Of a stretch of 64,000 nt of DNA, positions 45,809 through 58,304 are shown piece after piece (positions within the stretch are counted from its first letter, which is position 1; each line of letters opens with the position of its first letter). Under the pieces are notes generated by a model. That model was not told the DNA's origin. It did no database searches and saw only the letters and a program-made list of their open reading frames with translations. This DNA comes from Eledone cirrhosa. Taxonomy: Eukaryota. Location: contig CAXHJY010000554.1 in assembly GCA_964016885.1 (NCBI GenBank), positions 1-64,000 of the forward strand. Reading direction: 5' to 3'. Position numbers and translations under genes: made by a program.

Positions 45809-47144
45809 GTAAAAAAACAAATCTATTAAAATTTAGTTTTCTTTCTTTTGCTTTTAAATATATATATCAAAAATATATATATAATTTTCACTCTGAACTC
45901 CTTGATTCTCTTCCCTTTTCTTTTACCTCTTTTGTGATATATAATGGAAATAGTTGAGTGGCTTAATACATACACACATACTACTAAAACGAATATTGTG
46001 TATTTGTCGGTGGCCTGAAATTTCTACCTCAATTTCATTGGTTGATGAAGCTAAGTTGTCGTGACGTCATGTGACGTGGGGAGGGGGGGGGGCACTTCCC
46101 AGTGTTATGATCAAAGTAAATAATTGAAAAAGTTGCATTACATCATACATCAGTAATAGTGCATGGCACACACATTATTTGTTTACAAACTTATATATAC
46201 ATATATATATATAAAGCACAAGTAAACACTTAATACTCATACGATAACACATTTGTGTGTGTGTGTGTATATATATAAGTATCAGTATACAGTTTTAATC
46301 CTCATACGATAACACATTTGTGTATGTATATATATAGATATCGCTATAGGTAATGAGTCCTAGATTTATAACAATTTAGAGGAAGGATTTCAATAAATTT
46401 ATAATTTAAGATACGATACATACGGCATAGTAGGTTAAATTAAATTCCCATGCTACGTATTGTATGCAGATTAAAAATGTTTAATTAAACATGAAGTTTT
46501 AGTCTGAAAAGTTATATTATCAACAATTCGTCTCAAACACATAGCTAGTGAAATGTTATATATGAGTATTGTTGTTTATATAATAATATATTATCGCATG
46601 TACTCTGTATTATAACATTTGATCGAGCAATGCTTTGCATGATGTCCAGAGAAAAATATTGTCTAAGACTTAGTTTAAGACTACATTCTTTAAAGTTTAC
46701 CCAATGTTTCTCTATCTCAGAGATCTTTAGTTCCAACATCTCTCGTTTATTTTCCCATGTCTATCCATCCATCTCTCTATCATGTTATGAGTGTGTGACT
46801 CTCTAAAAATGTAAATTATTCCATCCTTGATGAAAATGTTTAAATGAAATACATTTGTACTTACATTATGGGGGAGGAGGGAGTCACCAGGTGTCCGCAG
46901 GTTAGGAAATGAAGAATTAATAGCATTTAAAAGTTATTTTATTTAATTAATTTTTTTATAGAATGTTTAAGAAATTTATCTTGGGTTGTAACCATAGTAA
47001 GATCAACTAATCTTTAAAAAATTTTCTTCCAACAATATTGAAGTGGAAACGAGTTATCTTCGATTTATTCAGCATCATAGGTGGCGCTGAAAACGGTTTA
47101 GATAACTCTGTAATCAACAAAGGCAGACTCCGGTGTTTATTATC

Positions 47145-47388
47145 ATGGGTCGTGCGCGAAAATCGTTCAGTGCTAAACAGAAGTTAAAAGTGATAGCTTT
47201 TGCCGAGATTTATGGAAACCGAGCTGCTGGTCGTCAATTCAGTGTCGATGAGAAATCGGTCAGAGAATGGCGGAAGCAGAAAGATCGGCTGGAGAACATG
47301 CCGAAAATAAATGTAGCTGATAGTAACAAGCGACCAAAAGAATGGCTGTGGGCTATGCAGAAATGCGGTTTATACATACCGAAATACG
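47145..47388 (+). CDS. Coding exon 1: Brinker/pogo-type (POGK-like) helix-turn-helix DNA-binding domain, probable phase-1 donor
   Basis: RKSFSAKQKLKVIAFAEIYGNRAAGRQFSVDEKSVREWRKQKDRL fits BrkDBD; the donor TACG|GTACTT is only moderate, so the 3' end is uncertain. Confidence 0.78.
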
Positions 47389-50300
47389 GTACTTATCAAT
47401 TCTGCTTTTCATTTCACAGCTTCTGTATACACATACATGCATGAATGCATGTAATGCATGTATATCTATTTGTTTATATATTGACTTATTACTGAAGGAT
47501 TTTTTTCTTTAATTCACTGTGCAAGAATCTATAAGCATTATCTACAGTAAAATTTTACCGGACCATACCTTGCAAATGTGTATTAATAAGTTGGGAAGTT
47601 CAGGAATGTATTATCTAAAAGTTGATCTGCTGTTTATTATATTTCACTGCTGTCGAATTTCGTTTTACTCTATGAATTCATGTACATCTTATCAGTGAAT
47701 GTGTATGCATATATATTTATATATATATACACATACACATGATGTTCCGTGGTGTTTTCAGCTTTATTATGTAAATGAGATTGCACAAATATCGAGAATT
47801 TGATGACATCTGGATAACTTCTGAGAAATGATATCGTCTGAGAAGTTAAAAGCGTATTTTGGGGGTTATTGTCCACAGAGAACTTCTGTATCAACAAACT
47901 TACGTTTCTTCGTATCTTTGGGGAGAGGATTTTCGATCAGGTTTTAAGTTGGCATTTACAGTTGCTTTTAGGAAACAAATGTAAACTTCAGATAAATAAT
48001 TTTTACTATGCTGTGTTTTTTCTAAGTGATTTTGTCAATGAACAGAAACAAATGTAGTTCTAATCATTAATTATTAGGAAATATTGATTCTTGTTTTACT
48101 TTAAATACCATATCTTTATGTCTAACCTTTTATATTTTTCGATTGATTATGTCTCCTTAGAATGGACTTTCTTTTTATTGAATCGGTCTCGAAACAAACT
48201 TTCAACATGTTTATGTTGGTTGGATTTCTTTTTTTATTTTTTTTTTAAGAATCAACCATTGAATGTGTGCACTTTGTTGAAGCTTTGTATCTGTGAGAAA
48301 TGCATATGAATATACACAAAATAATGTTTACGTTGATGTAAGAAAATAATCATTTTTAATATGGCATTTTAGTTCAGTGGTTCGTAAATTAGCATTTTTC
48401 GCTTAAACTGCTAAAACTTAAATGCATACTTACCTCCCCTGTTCCATTATATCGTGAACGTTCTGAACAGTTTTGTATGCAAACTGCATTGGTGTAAACA
48501 TGGGAAAATGACTGATTCATACTAAAGTATGGGTGTAGGGGGAATCTGACGTCAGGATATTGATGACTTTCCCAAAGGAATTATTAGCGTCTGAAGATGC
48601 CACTAATTCCTTTAGAATCAGAACTGGATTGTGAACTTGAGTTTACTGTCTAGACTTCTAACAATGATTTCTGATTTAGGCACATGGCTTACAAGTTTGA
48701 GCAAAGGAAATGTCCATTAAATAGACCCCGGTACTTTATTTTATCAACCGCATAAGGATGAATGGCAAAGCTAACCTTGTTGAGATTTGAACTCTAGACA
48801 TCTAATAATGCATATGAATGGTGTGTGTTGAGCAAAAACTTCTGAAGGTTAGTTGTATAGAATAGTGTGGTCAAAAGAGCTGGGAAACATTTCGCAAGAG
48901 TTAATTACGTCAAAACGTTAGTTGTAACTTACAGATATTTGTTGGTAAAAGGTTGATAGAAAATACACCATTGAATTAAAAGTGATGATTGTTTTAGTGC
49001 TTTTCTGATTTTGATTATATTTGGGATAAAAAAAATGATGCTCTCAAATGCATGGAACATAATAAGTTAGGTGAGAAATCTGAAACTAAATATTATCCTG
49101 TTGGCAAACCACTTTCAATTGGGATATGAAAACAGGTATTTGACACATTTTACTGAGAAATAATAACCACATCACAAATGCAACAATGTATCTATTTAAA
49201 ATTATATCAACTGCATCCTATATTTAAATACAGTTTACTGAATGTAAGCTGTATCACTGGCTTGTGTCACAATGGGACAACTCGTCTAAGCCATGCTAGC
49301 ATAGGAAAATGGACATTAAATGGTGATATGTTGTCATTGGATAATTTGGTCCTATATACACTGTCTGGTTAAACGATGAAATTGTTGTGGCTGGAATGCA
49401 TTTGATCATAGGTTCGATCAATCAGGTGATCAAGCGTCACAGCATACTGGTGATAAATTTATTTCTAGTTTCCTTTTTTTTTTTTTTTTTTTTATAGCAA
49501 TGTATTAGGAGGAAAATGCATGTTGTTGTTCATAAGTAGTCCCAACTAGCTTTACACCATATGGGGAATCAATGGAAGAATTAAGAGCAACCCAGATATC
49601 TATCATATGTGAAGGTGCTATATTTCAGTTTGCTCTGAGATTATTTACATAGACTTTGTGGAAATCAGCTTTTAATATTTTTGTGTCAATATATGTATGC
49701 ATGTTTGGTCACCTAACTCCTGAGGAAGTTGGAGGGGCGCCGTATTGACATACGGCGTCTTAAGGGCATGTTTTTAAACCTGGCAGAGCCCATCTCTTCT
49801 CCTGGCCTGAATATCACAGATTTCTTCCAGAGTCAGATAAAGAATGAGAGAATGGGAGTGAGAAAGATATATAGAGGAAGAATCAACACCCAGTCTCTGG
49901 CTGGTACTTTATTTTTTTATCAACCTTCATTGGATGAAAGGCAAAGATTATGTCAATATATAGTGTATTATTATTCTTAGGGTGAATCATGGCAAAATCG
50001 GTAGAACACTAGCCAAAATGTTTGCAGTATTTAGTTATGACCCTTTATGTTATGAGTTCAAATCCTGCTTGGGTTGGCTTTGTTTTTCGTCCCTAAGAGA
50101 GGAGGTGTCAATTTAAAATAAGCACATGTATTGAAGTTTCATTGAATTTTCTTTAAACATCTCCTAAATTTGTGTCGTTGTGCTTATATTAGAAATCATT
50201 ACTATTTCTGTTAATGGGCAGTGGATTAGCAGAAGCATCAGACAAATGTTCAAAACCGCTGAGGTTAACTTTACTTTTCATCCTTCTGGGGTTGATAAAA

Positions 50301-50756
50301 TAAAGTATCAGTCAAGCACTGGAATTGATATTATCAACTTTCCTTTCCTAAACATTTGTTAGCTTTGTGCCTAAATTAGAACTCATTGTTTCTGCTGTTT
50401 TTAATTTAAGTCAGTTAGAGTGTCCAGGTTTAAAAAAAAAAAAAAGAATTGAATTTTATTTTACATGAGTAATTTCTGTAAGTGTGATCTGCAATTTCTT
50501 TACATTTATTTTACTTGTGTATAATTTTTAAGGCTTAGCAAAAGATCCAGTGACAGCCATAGTTACTTTTGTGTTAGTGTTCCACACTCTCATCATGGTC
50601 TCCAATTTGAGATATTTGTTAATGTTCTTGGCTTCCTTTGTTAGAAGATTAGTATGGTCTGTGAACATGACATCAATAAGAAAGCAGGTCTTTGCATTTT
50701 CATTTTAGAATATTGTTTTGCTATGGTGCTGTCTGTATTGACAGCTATCTCACATG

Positions 50757-52700
50757 ATTCATCATCATCTTTTTTATGTACGTCTTTTCAATGTTGCATG
50801 ATTTGGATGGGTCCTTTTCAGCACAGCATCTCTCCACTCTCCACATTCCTTCGTTATCTCCTCTGTGAGACTTAGCAATTTGAGATCAGCTCTCACTGCC
50901 CAGGGCTTCCTTGGTCTACTTTTACTGTGGCTTCCTTCTACAGGGATTTCCTGGCACTTCTTCACCCAGCAATAATCATCCATGCATATCACATACCCAT
51001 ACCAACACACTCATCTCTTTTGCACACCACTTCAGATTCCTTTTAAACCCAAGCATGGAGGCTTCATTTCTTTCCAATTTTCACAGGTCCTCTTCGCACA
51101 GTGTCCAGGCCTCACTGCTGTGCAACATTGTTGTTTGTATACATGCATCATACAATCTTTCATTTTGAGGGAAAAATCTTTTGTAGTTAGCAGCAGTGGT
51201 AACTTCCTGAAATTTCTCCAACCCGTTTTCACTCTGGCTACTGTGCTTTCAGAACACCCTCCTCCATTTCTAATTTGGTCACCCAGGTAACAGAAACTAT
51301 CTACTACTTCTACACAGCCCTCTGGGCATTTGAAGGAGTTTGTAACCTGAAAGCTCTTGCTACTTACTTCCCCTGTGCACTGGCCACATGTAAAACCTAC
51401 ATTTTTTGCTAGCTTGCCTGAGATCCCACTACATTTCTTGTGTACTCATAATTTGCATTTGAGACATAGGATGGAATTTTTACCTAATCCTTTTCTGCAT
51501 ACTGAACACGGCCATTTCCCCGATGAGATCTGGGCCATTTTCTTTTCTACTTACTAGGACTAGAGTCTTTGCCAAGTTGACTTTGAGACCTTTTGATTCT
51601 AGGCCATGCTTCCAAGTTTGGAATTTCTTCTCTAATTCAGCTATAAGGGTTAGGTCATCTACATATAGGAGTTCCCATAGGCAGCTAGTCTTAAACTCCT
51701 CCGTTATTGTATGCAGGACGATAATAAACAGGAGAAGGCTAAGAACTAAGCTATGATGGGCACCAACTTGCACACTGAATTCTTAGTCATTATTAATTCT
51801 GACCTTGCATACTGTTCCTCTATACATGGCTTGTACTGCCTTCACAAGCCACTCATCTATTCCTAGTTTTCTAAGAGCCCACCAGATAATGGAATAGGGG
51901 ACTCTGTCAAAAGCTTTCTCCAGGTTCACAAAAGCCAAGTAGAGGGGTTTACCTTTAGGTAGGTACTTCTGCAATTACCTTACAAGAAAGAGGGCATCTG
52001 TGGTACTTTTACCTGGTACAAATTCAAACGGCATCTCATTTAGGTTAACTTGTTCCCTAATCAGCTGTGCAATGACGCTTTCTGCAACCTACATAACTTG
52101 GTCAACCAACTTAATGCCTCTATAGTTTTCTCTATCTAGAGCATCACCTTTGCCTGTGTAGCAGTTGATGATGCTGCTGCTACGCCGGTCATTGGGTATG
52201 ACACTATTTTGTATTACTTAGTTTACAATGCAGGAGACTATGGTGTGGCCCACCATTCCTAATGCTTTCAGTGTCTCAGCAACTATCTCCAAAAGTCCAG
52301 CTGCCCTGCCTATCTTCATATACTTGATTGCTGTACTTACTATACTACTGCTGACCTGTACAGCCAATCCCCCTGTTGGGTCAACTTGGGGAACACTATC
52401 TTCTTCCCATGCATTCTCCTTATTCAGTGGTGCTTCCATCATACCTTCTTTTCAGCGTCAGTCAAGACAAGTTTGCCATAATCATTTCGGACACATTTCT
52501 TCCCATCGACATCACAATTTTCCATGATACACTGGATGGTGATCCTGAACACCTCACGCTTCAAAACCTGCTTAAATTTTTTGTTTTCCGCTTCCCTTGT
52601 GGCAAGGTATAATCGTCGCCTAGCATTCTAGTAGAGATCTCTACTTCCCCCATTTTGCCAATCCTTCCAAGCATGTCTTTTGGCTTTAATTGTCTCACCT
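50757..52700 (-). mobile_element. Old decayed RTE copy (RT to tail)
   Basis: KGKPLYLAFVNLEKAFDRVP, WELLYVDD, KKCQEIPVEG..RPRKPW; many stops; (CAT)n at about 50760. Confidence 0.85.
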
Positions 52701-53667
52701 TCACCTTTATATTTAGGTATATTGGAATTTCGTTTGATATATTATACAATATTTGGGAATATTGGTATATATATATATGATATATACACAATGTACACTA
52801 TAGTTAGGTATATTGCTATTTTATTTGATCGATACACAATGTACACTATTCTTTCTCAGTTTTGATTCCTCCTCTGGGGAGCCATCATAGATAGGATATG
52901 ATTTGATGGAATTTGGCTGCTATATAGAGGGGTTTGCATGGGCTTGATGTATCTGGTGTTTAAGAACATGGAGACTCTTTGTTTTGAAGTCATTTAATGT
53001 CCTACATTCATCTAGTGGAGAATCATGATGAAAGCATGGCTGTCTTGGCATATTGCTATCCAGATTTTTCTAGTGATTACGAGGTAAACTTAGTTGGAGC
53101 GTGATAATTGCGGTCCCTCTGCAATTGCTATTGATGCTGTGACACTCACTACACTCTTTTAGGCCTATGAACTTATTGGTGCTTCTAAATTTGTTCCCAA
53201 ATGATGGATCTAATATATTGTTTCTAGATTTGTGTTGACCAATCATTTTATAGGCTAGTCAGGACAATGTCCATAACTTTTGCAGTATGTCATAAGACTA
53301 ATGAAATCGATATAATTGATGTTACGGTTGGGAAAAGCCTGTGTGTGACCTAAGTATGTTTGCACATAATTTTGTTTTGGCTGTCTTCTGCGTCCAGGTT
53401 CGTATCATTGTGGTAGCGATGTTTGAGTATTTTTTCTCACAATGATAATGGTTTCTGATTTAGGCACAAGGCCAACAATTTTGTGGAGGAGGGAAAAATC
53501 GATACCAGTACGTTACTGGTACTTTATTTCTCACTATACTAATAATAGAAACAGCAATTGTTATACTGCCTTCTTGTCTTTATATTGTTGAGCGTGGTGA
53601 TCGCTATTATCTGATGTTGCTGATAAGAAAGATATTGGAATGGATAGGTGCTACTATTAGTCTAATG

Positions 53668-53999
53668 CAGCATTTCTCAACTTTTTTACCCGTGTGGAAC
53701 CCTTAAAATAGTTTTCATGTCTCAGGGAACTCCCGCATAAAAATTACTATATACCATTATTAATATCTATCTATTTTATATTTTTATCGTAGTTCACGTG
53801 CTAAACATAATATATTTATAATATAAGAGGTTGAAGCTTTATTATATATAATAACCAAGGGTTTTCCAACAATATGCCATACTTGTATAGTAAAATTACG
53901 AGTATACAATTAAACAAAATTACTCAAAAATGCATTAGCTTATTTATCAGTATCTCGCGGAACCATAGGATTCCGGTGAACACCGGTTGTGAAACACTG
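53668..53999. mobile_element. hAT-like MITE
   Basis: CAGCATTTCTCAAC ... GTTGTGAAACACTG with degenerate 8-bp flanks GTCTAATG/GTCTAGTT. Confidence 0.55.
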
Positions 54000-55312
54000 G
54001 TCTAGTTAAGAGAGTTGTTTGTAGCAGCTCTCTCTGGAAATAATGAGATGTGAATATCATGTGTAATAAAAGTTAAAAAGTGTAAGAGGGTGTGTCCTTG
54101 TGCAACACTGTTAGGTAAATTGCAAATTCTAGACGAAACATTATTGTATTCTACATCATAAGATTCCGATCCTATACCTACGTTGTTGCAAAATGAATTT
54201 TAAAGGGAAAAAATCCTTTGAATTAATCTTAAGATCTAACAAAGATTTTTATTTTATTTTATAGATAACCGAACAATCGATATTTTATTGTTAGTGTATT
54301 ATTTTATCAACTCTAATTTATGGAGCCGGCTGGATTATCCAGAAATGATGGAAAGAGACCAGACGGTCTTACCTTTTATCTTTGTGAAAAAGATAGGCGT
54401 CTCATCTGAGACTTAACAGTCAGTGACTCTTTTGCACCCTCCCATGTCATGGACGCCGCGGTAAATGTGAGGGCTTCCGTTACCGAACGGAATAAAATTC
54501 GGAAATATCTGGATTTATCTAATAACTATTTTTCGAGACGTTTGGTGGAGTTGGGTCGCTAACAGCGAAGTTCTTATCGCTGGCGGCTTGCCTTACTGGG
54601 GTGTTAGAGTGCCTGGTTGTTTCAGCGCCTTAGCCTAGCTATTACCAGTAGTGATGTTGTGAGTGTGTTAGCTTGCCTCAAGATGTTCCGTTGATCCTTA
54701 TGATGTGCGGCCGATTGTCGCACTTGGTGGCGAATTGTTGGTCGTTTTTGCTCCCTCCCCGCTTTCTTTCGCCCTGGTCGTGTTTTGGTGCGTTGTTTTT
54801 GTGAGGTTCCTGGCGATGGCTGGTTGTATTTGTTATATGCGTTTATATGTGTATCAACATTATATTTGTAATGTTATGTGTACAACTGTGAATAACGTTT
54901 TATATTTCCAATTGTGAAAGAAACGAAGAAAAACAAAACAAAAAATATGCAAACATTGATGAATTGTAAATATACTTCTATAATAAATTGTTTTTACTTT
55001 TGGCACAAGGCCAGCAATTATATCAGTGTATTACTGGTGCCTAATTTTATCGACCCCTTAAGGATGAAAGGCAAAGTTAACCTCGGCGAGATTTGAACTC
55101 GGACCATAAAGGGCCATAACTATGCTGCAAAAGCCGTTTAAATAGTTCTGTCAACCGACCAATCAGAAGCAGGTAGACGGTGGTCTACACGATAATATAT
55201 CTTTAGGGTATTTTCTTTTTTGCTGGTACTGGGACCATCTTAAATTTGATAAATTCCCATGCAGGTCCACCGTTCTGCATTACTTTTCATTTGATTCTGA
55301 AGCTTGCTATAA

Positions 55313-55553
55313 ATGCCAACCAAGTGCATTGTGAAAGGCTGTCGTTCCCTTCAGAAGAAAGGTGGGCCGATTAGCTTCTACCGACTACCATGGAAAAATA
55401 TACATTTAAGAAATGAGTGGATACGACGAGCTGGATATGACCCAAATAATTATGAAGAAGTGAAGCATATAAGTCGTGACCATCGGGTGTGCAGCAGGCA
55501 TTTCTGGAACAACCGCAAGGAAAGTCCTTATGATCTCCCAACGATTTACCTGG
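55313..55553 (+). CDS. Coding exon 1: compact THAP domain (paralogue b), phase-1 donor
   Basis: 74/80 aa identical to the 45568 exon by manual alignment; same length (241 nt); ends CTGG|GTAAAG. Confidence 0.85.
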
Positions 55554-57770
55554 GTAAAGAAACTATCTATGAAACCTGCTTCATTTTTAAAAATTAATTT
55601 ATGAGTATAATTTGTAGTCCATCTCGTTTCCTCCTTTTTGCTCTTTAAACAGCTATCCAATGCGTGCTTTTTCTTTCTCTCATTCAGCACACATACTAAT
55701 GTGATACCGTCGCCGTCTTAACGTTACTTAATATTTCGAACCTTCTACCTCATTTTCATTGGTCGGATTAAAACTTGAGCTAGCATGACGTCACCGGTAT
55801 CTAATGCATTTACTTTAGAATACAAACTAACCGGTTTAGGTGTCCCAACCTTCTAAACATGGTTAAATCTCCTTTAAATGGTTCTCTACAGTCTTGAATT
55901 AAGAAAGGGCATACTGGATAATGTACTCTTAGATTCACTATGCCTGAAAACAAAGCACTTTTAATTGTAATGATTTTGTTGGGCAGCCGCATGTTGATGA
56001 AAACGTAAACAAGTAGACGAAGAAAAGTAAATAAATACTTGGGACTTTACTTTTATCTCTGATGGTATATTTATAACTGTTATTCTTTCATGAGGTTTTC
56101 CCTCAAGTTTAAAGGGTAGCAGAGAAATTCGTTATATCTTTCCCCTAGAAATGGAAAAGTGAAATGCCTAAAAGCGAATTGGAATGAAACAAAGAAAGGT
56201 GTGACCAGCCAATTTTATTTTACTCTATGCATATTTCAGGGTAATTTATGCATAGAAAATAATTAACGGCAACTAATGGACTGGAATAAGTAGTTAAGCC
56301 CCTGGTCGGGGACTGATTGATCCACGAGGCTAAAGTGGACACGGTTGTATAGCTGTGCGATTGCGTGGTTTCCGTTTCAGTTTCACTGACCTTGGCCAAA
56401 GTATCTTGTCATGGCATCGGGACAACCAGAATGTTTGTGAGGAAACTTAGTAGACAGAAACGTCTGAAAGCTCATGGTGTTGTTTAACACCGACACCTGG
56501 TCCATGAAAACAATCACGGAAATCTTGAAAAGAGTTGAAATATATCAACATTTATCTATCCCTATAAAATCCGGGAGATTGTGCTTTATTATAATAGATC
56601 AATTTTCAATTTGTGTATATATATATATATACATACACATGCAAATTCTATAGCGCTTTTCAAGTATTTCTAGATAAGCGACTCGATGAAATAGTTCAGG
56701 TCTAGAGAATTCGATTTATATGAAATATAAATGCATTTCAAAGTGATTTAATGATATTTGTGAAGCTGTTTCAATTGGGAGTCTGTTTTCTGAAAACATA
56801 ACTTTTATCACACACACACACATACTCTCTCTGGATGTCTGTTAATGAGAAGTCTGTGGGGAATATTTTATTTGATGTTTGTTTATTTTATAAAAAAAAA
56901 TACACGTCAAAATATTTTAAATGATATTTATTGTTTATTTCTTTTTTAAACAAGGTGTTAACTAAAGTAGTAATGTTGATTATTTAACATTAGATGCTAG
57001 GTGATATTAAAGTCACGGAAATCTTTTAATCATTCTACACACTATAGTTAATTTTCCTTAATTTTAATTATAAGGATGCTTATGTTAAATTAGTATAAAG
57101 CTGTTAATTCCGTGCAAGAAATTTTGTATGCAAGACCTTTTTTCTTATAAGGTGAAGGATGGATACAGAAAAAAGAATCAATGATCTAAAGGATGACAAG
57201 TACTCTTTAAGTAATTTGAAAGATTTTTAAAAGTAAAATATATTTCTTTGCAAGTGTTTCGAGTAAAGAGAAATAAAAGGAAGAGTCATTGTTGGTATTA
57301 TTTTTTTTTTGGGGGGGGGGGGGGGGGGGTCATTTGCAATTCTTCTATTCAAATAAATATATTGCATTGTCAGTTCAAAATTGATGATATTATGTGTACT
57401 GGATTGGCAGTATCGGTAGAGGGTCGGACGCCATGCTTTCCAGCATAGTTACGTCCTTTACGATCTGAGTTCAAATCCCGCCGAGGTTGACGTTGCCTTT
57501 CATCCTTACGGGGTCGATAAAATAAAGTACCAGTAATGCACTGGATAATTGCTGGCCTTGTGCCTAAAGTAGAAACAATTATGTGTACTAGGAGCCAGTT
57601 CTTTAAGATGTGTATTTTCCCCGTTCTCGTCAAAATAGTCGACTTAGAAAATTTAAATTGCTACTTTATATTAGATATTGTTCATCCAATGAATATACAT
57701 TTTCAGTTAATCTCAAACACCAATTGTAATAGACATAAAGAGATCGATAAATAGTTTTAACAGAACTTCG

Positions 57771-57856
57771 CAGCCATTTTTACAAGTCTTATAATAACCA
57801 TTCTTCTTTTCATTTTTTTCGGTAATTTTAATGTAAGATCAAGTCCGAACTTCCGG
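57771..57856 (+). promoter_or_regulatory. YY1-like (GCCATTTT) and ETS-like (ACTTCCGG) motifs ahead of the second HTH exon
   Basis: Motif matches at 57773 and 57849; function is inferred. Confidence 0.35.
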
Positions 57857-58072
57857 TTAAAACAAGCTTCGTTTTTTCCCCAAGTTAGAAATCATATTCG
57901 GAAAGATGCAGTGAAAGGATGAAGTGGTTTTTCGCTTTACTCAGCTGAAATATTGTCAGCTTTCATTTATAAATAATAGAGAATTTTCAACAAACCGAAT
58001 AACAACAAAATCAGGTTAGGGGAAAATACTTTCACTTCTACTTCGGCAAACGAAGAAAGAAATCTGAATAAA

Positions 58073-58304
58073 ATGGGTTTTAAACGAATGAAATATACTT
58101 CAAAATTTAAACTACAAGTCGTGATGCTGGCTTTGAAAACCAATAATTCGGAAGCTGGGAGACAATTTAGTGTTAATGAAAAACTTGTTCGGGACTGGAG
58201 GAAAAAGGAAGCTGAACTTCGGAATATGCCACCCACAAAATGTTCTAATCGCGGTAAGAAAAATACTGACAAAATCAATATACCATGTGTTAATTTTTTT
58301 ACAG
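58073..58304 (+). CDS. Coding exon 1: Brinker/pogo-type HTH DNA-binding domain, phase-1 donor (alternative phase-1 donor after 58253)
   Basis: RMKYTSKFKLQVVMLALKTNNSEAGRQFSVNEKLVRDWRKKEAEL fits BrkDBD; donors GCG|GTAAGA (58254) and CAG|GTGAGT (58305). Confidence 0.83.

Noticed and set aside
52860-54830. GC-richer patches, including 54320-54830 with a minus-strand AAG|GTAAGA
   Set aside because: No sustained frame or domain; probably an old retroelement remnant that I cannot identify
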